The translations under genes were made by a program, and so were the position numbers. A stretch of DNA of 64,000 nucleotides. Source: Klebsormidium nitens (taxonomy: Eukaryota > Plantae > Klebsormidiophyceae). This document shows, piece after piece, positions 25,901-35,500 of this stretch. Numbering within the stretch: position 1 is the first letter of the stretch; every line of letters begins with the position of its first letter. The stretch spans positions 62,001-126,000 of the forward strand of contig DF237012.1 in the NCBI GenBank assembly GCA_000708835.1, in the 5' to 3' direction. The notes under the pieces are model-generated. The model had not been told where the DNA came from, did not search any database, and saw only the letters and a program-made list of their open reading frames with translations.

Positions 25901-28900
25901 CCACCCCGGGTGGCTTAGGTGTTAACCCAGGTGCTTTGGGCACTAACCAGGGTGGTTTGGCCGCTAACCCGGCTCCCTTAGTCGCGGGTTCCATGTGCAA
26001 CTATTGCACGGGGCTCATCGGGCCTGGAAAGTTGGGGGCGCGCTGCAGCAATTGCGGGGGGGGGTTCCACACGGACTGCATGCGAGTGCAAGGAAACCGG
26101 GTGGTTTGCCGCCAGTGCACCGAGAGGCTGTCTCAAGGGGAGAAGAAGAAGAATTGGAAAGTGGGGGCGGAGCCGAAATCAAAGAAGCCGGGGGGGGGCG
26201 TAAGTCTTGCCACTCCTATGGCGCCACCGCAAGTGGGGGCTGATGGGGAGATTGGGTCGCCGCCATTTCCAGCAAACGGAGTCGTTGTGGGGGGTAGCCA
26301 GACAATAAATGTTCCTTTCGGTGGGGTGGCAGGCCTGCCCGTGCCAGGATTGCCAGGAACGGAAAAGGGTAAGAAGCCCAAGAAGGGGTCTGAAAAGGGG
26401 GGTGCCGAAAAAGGGGTCGTCCTCAAGCAGGGGGGGCCGGGGCGGCAGCTGCGCCTGGTTTGGACGCCGGACCAGTGGGCTCCGGACGGGGCGTTCGTGA
26501 CCCCCCTGAAACGGGCGGAACTGGACTGGGCGCGCGCCCAAGAGTCGGCGTCCGAGTCGGACAAGAAGCGCGAGAAAGAGAACGCGGACCGGCTCGAGGA
26601 CAAGCGCTTTTCACGGGAGGCCGTCGAGCGGTTCAAGAAGCTGCGGGAGGAGCGCTACAAGAAGCGGTACGGCGAGGGGGGGTCCGGCGACGCCCCGGAA
26701 GCACCCCCTCAAACCGGGGAAGTCGGGGAAGTGCCCAGAACGCCGGCTGCAGCGACGCCCATGAAGCGGCTCAAGCCGCCCGTGAGGAAAACGCCGGAAT
26801 TGGAGCAAATGGCGGCGGAATCCGCGGTGCCCATCTGCCGGATCTGCTTCGAGAACTACAACGCGCAGCTGTGGTACATTGCGTGCGACAAGTGCGAGAG
26901 GTGGTACCACGGGGAGGCGTTCGGGCTCGTTCTCGAGGACGCGGCGAAGCTTGCCAGCTGGCGCTGCGGCAAGTGCCTCAAAAAACGGACCCCCGACGGG
27001 TGCCCGTACTTCGACCCGGTGGATGCGCTGGCGGAGCCGGTGTGGATCCGGCCGAAGGAGCGGACCGAGCGGAACGAGCGGAAAGAGGTGAAGATCGCAT
27101 ACATGCGCGACGTCGAGGGGACGGCGCAGTGGCACATGAAGCGGGAACGAGAGATGCGGCAGGGGCGCCCGGCAAGCGCACAAGAGGGCCTTGTTGGGAG
27201 CGTTGCGGCTTCCCAAGCCGGGGAGGCTAAGCTGGGCGAGAGTCAAGGGATCGCTGAACAGGGCCTCACAGTCTCTGGGGGAAGTGAACCGGTTGCAGAA
27301 CAGGGTTTGATGGGGCTTGAGGGGGCGGTCGGTGGGACGATTCCGGGGCCTGCCTGGCTCGACTCGAGCATGGACTTAGACCTGGAAGGGCTGTCTTTCA
27401 CAGACATGCTGTCGGTTGAACACCCGCCACCGAAAGCCGCAGCAACGGTACTGGCGACCGTTACCAAGCCCGTTCTGGGCACCGCAGCTGCACATACAGA
27501 GGGCCCGGTGGGGGGCGTGGAAGGTCTCACTCTACAAGGGTCGAAGGGGGCTGACGTGGCGCCGAATGATGGGTCAAGAGTTGAGGTGGCGAGCGGAACT
27601 GAAAACGCGGGGAGCGTTCCGTCCAGGATGCAACCGTTCGGGCACGTCATGGCGGCCAAAGTGGAGCGGATCGCCGCCCAGAAGCGGAGAGCGGAAGCGA
27701 AAGCGGAAAAGAAGAGGAAAAAGGAGGGGGGAGAAGATGGGGGCAAATCAGGGGAGGAGACAGGTCGGTTGGATATGGATGCGAAAGGGGGGGCAAAGAA
27801 GGGCGGGAAGAAGGTGGATGAAAAGACATCGATCCGTCCAGGGCAGCAGGAGGGGGCGGAAGACGTTCCGTTGGTGCTGCTTTTGGGAAGCGGGGGATCT
27901 GGAGAGAAGAAGAAGAAGAAACGGAAGAAGGGGGATGCGGAAAAGGACGGGCCGTCAGCGGAGAGAGAAGGGGAGCGGAAGAAGAAGAAACGGAAGAAAG
28001 AGCGAAATGGTGATGAAGGCGCTTCAGGGGGCGCTGGTGTTGCGCAAAACCCGGAAGGGATCCCGACTGCCACCGCACAGGACTCCGGGAACTCGGGTGC
28101 TCCTATTCTGATCAAGTTGCACACGGCCCGGGGGGGTGGGCAGAAGCCGGGAGGGGAGGGTGGGGCTGAGCAGGGTGACCTTACAAAGAAGGTGCGTTTC
28201 GGCAGCCACGAAGAGATTGCACCGGCATCAGTAAAGAAAACAAAGAGCGGGGGTAGCGCAGGAGTGGCGAAAGCCGAGTCAGATGCGAAGGCTCATTCAG
28301 GAGATTCCCAGATGTCGATTGAGAAGAGTAAGAAGAGAAAGCGGGTCTCGAACGACGCTCCTGCGGTACCCCCCGGAGCGAAGAGGCGGCGGACCGAGGG
28401 GGCTCGGAAGGCAAAAAGCGTGTTCGTGCTCCCTGCATTTCTGGCGGGAAGCAAAACGGAGAAAGTTTCGCTGTCGGGGGGGCAAGCCGGACTGACCGGG
28501 GGACAAAGCGGCGAGAGAGAAGGGCGCGAAACGAAGGCTGGGGGAAAGGCGAAAGGGCGCCGGAAAGCGGCTTCGCAACCGGAGGTAACGGAAGCTCCTG
28601 CTAGGGAGGATGTTGGTGCGGAGGGGGTCCCTAAGAAGGGCGATGCGGTGGGGGGATCGTCTGCACAGCAGGACGACGGGGGGGGGACGGCAAAGGAGGG
28701 CACTCTGCCGACCTACAAACGGCTGAAGATCAAGAAGCGAGCGGAAGGGGGGGATAGCGAGGCAGGTGCGAATAAGATCGAGGATTTGGGGGAAGGGTCC
28801 GGGGGTCTGATGGAGGGGGGCCGTGCGGAAGACGGAGCTCGGGAGGGGCGAGATGCAGAAGGGGTCGAAGCAAGGAGAGGGTTTGTGGAGGCGGGGCGTG

Positions 28901-31077
28901 CAGAGAAAGCAGAAAAGGCGGGTCCCAATGGGGTTGGAGGGGTTCGCTCTTCAGTGAAGGAGCAGAAGGGTTCGGTGTTGGAGGAAAGCAAGACGGTTCG
29001 GGAAGCGCGGAAGCCCTCTGAGGGGGCCGAGACGTCGGGAGATCGTCCCCGGGGGGAGCCCAGTGAGGTCTCCGAAGGACAGGGGAAAGGTGGGGAGAAA
29101 CTGGGTGAGGGGCGAAAAGCAGCGCAGCCGACTGTGAAGAAGATACGTGTCAGGATCGGTCGGGGGGGGGGCAATTTGCGGTCGGGCCAGTCCGAAAAGG
29201 TCGAGAAGCAACCCCCTCAGAGGGAAGCAAACATCCTGCAGGGTGATCCCGAAATGGGAAAGACAGACGCGCTGACTGTTGGGGGTGAGGAGGAGGAGGG
29301 GCGGAGAGGAGGCGTCGAAATGGGGGGAGGCTCGCCAGCCGGGTTTGCGAAGAACGCCAAGGACTTTGCCCCCCCGCCGCGGAAAACCCGCCGGCAGCTG
29401 AGGGATGAGGCTGGGAGCCTGACCAAACCCTCAGAAGGTGGGGGCGCGCTTGACACAGACAAGGGCCAGGCCGTTCTGAAGGAGAGTGTCAAGGGAAAAG
29501 GGCGAGCAGGCAAGGCGGAAAAAGGGAAGGGAAAAGAGCCGGAGGCAACGCCGCAGGGGGGGGGGAATCCAGGCGCAGCGGAGGAGGGGGGCGCTCCGGC
29601 GTGCTCGGTGTGCGGCCTGACGACGGGTGACGTGGCCACGTGCAGAGGGTGCCACGTGGCAGTTCATCTGGTGTGCTACGAGTACGACCAGCGGGTGCTT
29701 GCGAGGAAGGGAACGAAGGGCTGGAAGTGTACCGCGTGTCGAGCGGGAATTCCGGCAGGGCAAGGTGGGCTCTCTGAGCGGCGTTTCGTGCTTCGAGGGG
29801 TGTCTTTTTGAGACTTCTTTACTTTGGTTCCTTGGATTATTGTACGAGAGTAGAGCTTTAATTTCAGCTTTGCCGAGTTCGACGCACCTTTTGCGGTCGA
29901 CGGCTGCTGCGCTCAACATTATAATTGATAAGAAGCCGATCGTCCCAATGCCGACGGGGCGGGACTTTTCGAGCAGAGCTTTGCATGCTCCTCTTCAGGA
30001 ACCCTACCCAAGAAGGGCTCACATGTAAAGAGCAGCTACGTCTCTTTCTAATCGTGGATGAAGCTGCTGAGTTCAATCAACCAGCGCATTCCTGCGTGCC
30101 GATTCTTGTTAAGACCTTGAGAAACTCGCATTTCAAATGCACTGCAGCCCTCCCTCATTTCAAACGCCAGTACGCTCCTCCAGCATCGTGATGCCCTTCT
30201 CACCATTCCGTCCTTCATAACCAGTTCTACAAAACGCCTACAATATGATCCGTATTCCTTTCACTTAACACTTTTCTTTCCGTCGAACCAGGTGCCTGCC
30301 ATCTGTGTTCCCAGCGCGGGGGCCCGCTCGTTCCGACGGCGGAGGGCACGTGGGCCCACATGACGTGCGCGCTGTGGCACCCGCAGACGTACATCGACGA
30401 CCAGGGGCGCGTTCTGGACGTCGCCAAGATCCCCAAGGTGCGTTTTTTTCTGCGGCTTTCGTCGAAACGGATTCTGGTTTGAAAGGAACGCTAAACCATC
30501 TCGTTCTGGACTTGCAAGCCTTTTTTGATACATTACGTTACTCCTGCGGATGAATCACCAGGAGGTTTAATCCGGTCAGAATTCGTGAGCTCACTGAGGG
30601 TTTTGCCGGTCACTCTTGTTTTGGCGGGAATTTGCAGTCGAAGAGGAGTGAACAAGTCGTAGTTCACGAGCTGCGAGGGAGCCGGTAGAAACGTTTTGCT
30701 GTTAGTGAAGACAGCCGTGCTTGTTCCAAGCCGGTCCGATCCAGAGCACAAACAGATGGAAAAGAGTGGCGAAATAGAGTGGCAAAGAAGCCGCGTAATC
30801 CCTTCTTTTAGGAGACGTGTAGCTCCTTCCGAAGACTTTCCTGCTCCAAACAATCTTCGAGACTGTGCTTTTTCCCCCGCAGGATCGGTGGAAGCTGACG
30901 TGCTCCGTGTGCGAGACCCACGAAGGCGCGTGCATTCGGTGCAGCGCCCCGGGTTGCCACACGCCCCTGCACCCTTACTGCTGCCGTAAGGAAGGACTGC
31001 CGATTTTCATCATGCCCGGCCCGAAGTACCCCATCCACGTGGCTTATTGTCGTCAGCACGCGAACCAAGTGACGTAA
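13932..31077 (+). CDS. PTM: PTM-like DDT/WHIM/PHD chromatin protein with N-terminal Tudor-like fold, AT-hooks and C-terminal PZP module; multi-exon
   Basis: ATG at 13932 (LVGRTVEQ..GRVVSFN..YKVRWEDKTEDNF). AT-hooks RRRGRPRK and KRGRPK. DDT (LLSTYAFLRSFSQALYLSPFTLDDFLAAL, ~15700). WHIM1 (LDEITWPEF..YYALPPEAKLEALSFLCD, ~16350). PHD (CVLCGMEGNLLCCDGCPAAYHARC..WFCPEC, ~17600). WHIM2-like EPLGTDPQGRAYWF. PTM-family blocks YENRYADG..AAEAAA, CGWCHNC and LPRGVLRRAAKRGG. Further PHDs at ~25995 and ~26835. One ~4.4-kb exon (~25387-29764). Terminal exons 30292-30437 and 30883-31077 end in TAA. Confidence 0.85.
18880..19140 (+). repeat. Coding 12-bp minisatellite (PPANP/PSANP repeats)
   Basis: Repeated gcaaaccctcc(g/t)-type units encode NPPANPSANPPANPPANLQ within the large exon. 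Confidence 0.75.
22068..22380 (+). repeat. Three tandem copies of an acceptor plus exon start (two decayed, one functional)
   Basis: Functional copy: gcag|CCAAGAAGAAGGGCGCCAAGGCTGCGGCAGAACAGAGCAAAGTG at 22329. Copy at 22192: gcag|ccaaaaagaagtgcgccaaagccgcggcggagcagtgcaaagta, with an in-frame TAG at 22248-22250. Copy at ~22071: gcaactaagaagaagggcgc...ggagcaaagtg, with the AG lost. Confidence 0.8.
29602..31077 (+). other. PZP module (PHD - Zn knuckle - extended PHD) at the C-terminus of the PTM-like gene
   Basis: CSVCG..CRGCHVAVHLVCY..WKCTAC, then GACHLCSQRGGPLVPTAEGTWAHMTCALWHPQ, then RWKLTCSVCETHEGACIRCSAPGCHTPLHPYC..YCRQH. Junctions are GT-AG with matching phases. Confidence 0.85.
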
Positions 31078-32593
31078 GGAATGGTCAGGCTATCGGTACA
31101 GGATGTTTACATGTATGGTTGTGAGCTTGACCAGAGATAAACATACTCCACAGAGGAACGACCAGTCGAACCTGCAGGGCGTGTGGGTTGGACTTATGGA
31201 AGGTACGCAGGTGCGGCGCTGCAATCGTAGTGCACAGGTGGTAGAACAGACATGATAAGTGACTTGGTTCTCATGTTATGGCCTTTATTCGTCACGCATC
31301 TGCTCAGCTAAGTCGCTTCAGCTCTGTCCAATGACCGGCACTTCAATCACGCAAGTACTTGATCTCACACTTGGATGCACATGACGCAATCGCAAATATT
31401 CAACGATCGAGTATAATGGTGGATCGCTCCAGCTTTCCAGACTTTATAACGTCACAACTATGGTGTTCGAAAGTTGACGGCGGCAGAGGTATATGTCAGC
31501 GTTGCTGCGCATATCACAGTGATTCAAGAATATCAGTGCATAGATGACTAGTACAGATCACTGCCAGTTATATAAACGTTCTATATATGCAGACAATATA
31601 GAATGAATACCACTGAGAGGCACGGGACGTATGAAATCGTGCACGTACGCAGCCGGTCGACCAGAGATTTCTCAACCGTCCACATTACCATGCCCAATTA
31701 TGGCAGCCTGAGCGGTGCGTCAAAAAGACTTTCGCGCGGCCCATTGTCATGTAATGTGTTTGAATGTTGATTCTCAGTGACCGCGTCTCAGTGCACGGAT
31801 GAAGTGAAAAGAGCTGAAGACTCTGCAGATCTTTCAGGTTGCCTGAGGCTGCACCCGACCCGCCGCCGGGACGTGACGTCGGCTCCTACATAGCTAGTTG
31901 CACGCCGGGCTCGAAGCTGATCGTCATGGTCTCTTTCCGGCCCAGAATATCGTGGTCATTTGGATGAGAAAGCTATAGTATAGAAGTTAATAACGCCGTT
32001 GAGAACGGCGTCATGAGATCGAGTGATTGAGTGCACGAACCCAGTGAAGGATTGACAGCATGACTGAACCCAGGCGTGAACGGGAAGTAACTCATTGTGT
32101 TGCATGTATTGGCAACAAGCGCGCTTTGTGACGCGTGAATGATCAAAGAACTGGTCGATGCTCCGGCAGAAATCTACGACTCCTTTCTGCGCAACAAATT
32201 TGATACCATCTCTTACAGACGTGACCAAAACCTGTAGTGACTACAACAGGTATCACTGATCACTGATCATCGATGGATTTAGGCGGCGTCTGCACAGGAG
32301 GCAATCCAGTTGCACACAGCCATGTGCCCGCATGGATGCTGTGCGTGATCGGACGTGCCTGGAATGAGTGGCAACAAAGAAAGCGGCCCACCGCTTCAAT
32401 CAATTCATATTGATGGAGTGTATAGTTTCAACTCGTCTGTGACGACCTGTGCGGAAGGTGAGTGTACCTACTATGGTGTACCGTAAGTCAACATGTCCAC
32501 TTCCTGACTAGGAACTTAAAAGCTCAACACGCGCGCAGTACACTGCTTACAATTCCAAAAGTCCAAAAGTTGATTCGAGCCCAACTTACACAA

Positions 32594-35500
32594 CTAGGAT
32601 GGCGGCGCAGTGACCTCGACGTCCCCCTTCTTCTTGTGGGACAAGCTCAACTCCTCCACGCCTTCCTCTTCCCTTTTAAATTTCACGGACCGCAACTCGT
32701 CTCCCTTCTTATGGCCTTTCGCCGTGTGCTTAATCTCAAAATCCTTCGTCTTGAAGTCCGCGGTTAGTCTACAGATCTCGTCGTCCTTTTGCCACGTCAC
32801 GGCCAACACGTGGCCGGGCGCATCGTCGTCGATGCTCATCTCGCCGCCAAACGCGGGGTGCTGGTTCCGGAACCGGCACAGCTCAAGCAGCGCCTGAACC
32901 ACCGGGCGCTTCACCTGGAGAAGTGTCGATTTTATTGATGATCAAAGTTGCAAGAAAAGTGACGTCTTTCCCCAGGGACCGGGTGGGGTTGGCTTGGGGT
33001 ATAAAGCTTGAAGTCAGCTCGATGGTTAGGGTGGGGTCAGCTTGGGGTTTAGCTTGGGGTTCGGGTGGGGTTAGCTTGGGGGTTAGGGTGGGTTAAGGTG
33101 CGGAGCGCAGAAATTTCTCGAGCGGAGAGATACCTTGGTTAAAGTTTTCCGATAATTCATTCCCAATAGAATGTCCTTGAAGAGTCTTTGGCTACGGCCA
33201 GGGCAGCCGATTGTGCGGTTGTGAGACTCGAACTTTCTTCAAAAAGCTTATCATTCCATTCACCAAAACCGAGAGGTTGCTTACCTGTTCCACCGCCTGC
33301 TCGTACGAGTACAAGTGCCGGTTGATGGCCCGCCCGGTCCCCTCCTTCTTAACCAGGGTTAAGTCGTTGGACCCGACCAGCATGCCCACGTAGTAAACCA
33401 GGGGGATCCCCGGGCAGAAGAACTGGATGGCACGTGCCAGTAAATACGAGTGCTCGTCCTCCTCGCAGGCGGAGAAGTACGTGCAGTTTATCTGGTGGTC
33501 GATCGACACGTAGCCCGCTTTTTCCGGGTCGTACAGGTATTTTGCGGTGATGGAGGCCTTCTCCTTGGACGTGGCGTCGTTTGCGATCTTCTTCAGCTCC
33601 TCCGTGTCGCAGACCTGCGGCGGGCGTGGCAACGCGTGAGCGAGCTTAGGGTAAAACGAGTCCTTGTCAAGAAACGGGTTGGAGGGAACTGAAGCCTCAC
33701 GAAACCGGTAAGAGAAAACCAGAACTAGAGACGAACTCAGGTACTGCGACCTTAGGCTGATTTAGGGTGGCATGCGTGGCACCCTCACAGAAATCACACG
33801 CAATCCCCACGCCATCCTCAATTCAAACCCATCCTATGTCCGTTGGATTATAAGCAGAAGGTCGTTCCTGAGCTCGGCCGCCCGACTGTACCCCTTGATT
33901 CAACCTACAAACCTCATTTCTAAGCAGGGGCTAAACCACTGGGACCTCGTTATCCGGGCGCACCGTCACGAACCCATCTCCTCTCCCCGTTCGCAATCCA
34001 ACGCAACGGTTCATTTCAAGGCCCCCCTCAAACCCCACCGAAACCCCAAACCCCAAAACCCTCAAAAGACCTAAACCCTAAACCCTTAAACCCTAAACGC
34101 TAAACCCAAAACCCTTGAAGACCTAAACCCTAAACCCTCACCGACGCCAGCCCTGCGATGTCGTCGATGCCCATTCCGTCGTGCGTGTCGAGCACGGTGA
34201 TCTGGCGCCGGGGGCAGATGCGCAGCCAGTGCCGGAGGTTCTTCGCGGTCTGGAAGTAGAACGCGTGGAGGACAAGCAGCGGCAGCGCGAAGTCGTACAC
34301 CCAGTAGCCCTTGTCCGCGATCTTCAGGTTGGTCTTGTACTCCTCGTGGACCTCGCACAACAACCTGGGGTGTATAGGAAAAATGTTTCAGGGTTTCGGG
34401 CCTTCAGGGTTTCAGTGCAAGCTTTGCAAGCCTTGAGAAGATTCTGCAAGTCGTACACCCAGTAGCCGTCTTGTCCGCAATCTTCAGGTTGGTCTTGTAC
34501 CCCTCGTGAACCTCGCATAGCAACCTGGGGTGTACGAGACGAAGGGGTGTCAATCTTAGCGGCGTCGAAAGGCCTTGAGAGGTCACACCAGTTCTGAGAA
34601 CAACGAGCAAAGTGCTACGCAGACCTTCACGGGCCTTGAAGAAGCGTACACCCATTGTCAACAATTCATCACATCCTTAATGACAATCTTTCAATGCATG
34701 ATCCTCTCGGCCCACCACGGTAATACCTACTCGCCACCATCTGCCATCTGGTCGCCAGACCAGAGGATTCCGTTAACCAATTTTTTTAAGCCAGTCTCGA
34801 AATTTTGTTATAAGAAGAGGGCCTGAAGTAGTGTCAAGAATAACCCTACTGAATCCGGGCAGTGCATCTGGCTAGAAAGGTAGCATGCCCGGCTGGAAAG
34901 GTTTGGTTCGAGGCCCTCCTATTGAAGCGCAACCACCGGGAACCGGCTACTCAAGGTCTCATCTGTCTTACTTTAAAGGTGGCCTTCACCAGTGGATGGT
35001 GGGAGGCATTCCGATGCAGGGCAACGAGTCTTCCAAGACGAGGAAAGGTGGACCAAAAGCGGAAGGGATCCCCCAAAGCAGATTTGAGAGTTTGGGTTGA
35101 AGGGCGACATACCTGATCCCTTTCTCCTGCACCAGCTTCTCCATCTTGTCCAGCAACTCCCACGCCTCAGGCTCCTGCAGCAGAAGAGACAGAAGAACTA
35201 ATCCTCAATTTGCGCTGATCAAGCCTAGGCCTATGTAGAGTTCAATCCGTTCCCCGGGCCCTAAGAAACTGGAATTTTAGACGCGAAGCTATGATGCTCC
35301 GCACCCGTACCCAACCCCAGATTCTTAAACCAATCCCACCCGTCTTCCGAGAAGTGCCGTAATTCAACACACCCTAACTCAACGTAGCATTGACACTGCT
35401 GGAAGGGGGCTACAGGCTATCGCTTTAATTTCGTTCTGGTTCAGCGCCTTTCTACAGACCGATCACGCCCCGGCGATTGACTATGAGAGCTCATCAATCC

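Noticed and set aside
29755-29770. Possible GC-AG donor (GG|GCAAG)
   Set aside because: A canonical GT donor (CAAG|GTGGGC) a few bases downstream gives the correct phase.
15289-30028. Many overlapping minus-strand ORFs of 100-290 aa
   Set aside because: Shadow ORFs of the GC-rich PTM-like exons; stop codons are rare on the antisense strand at this GC content.
34030-34138. True chromosome end or telomere fusion
   Set aside because: Short, degenerate and inside an intron of an intact gene.
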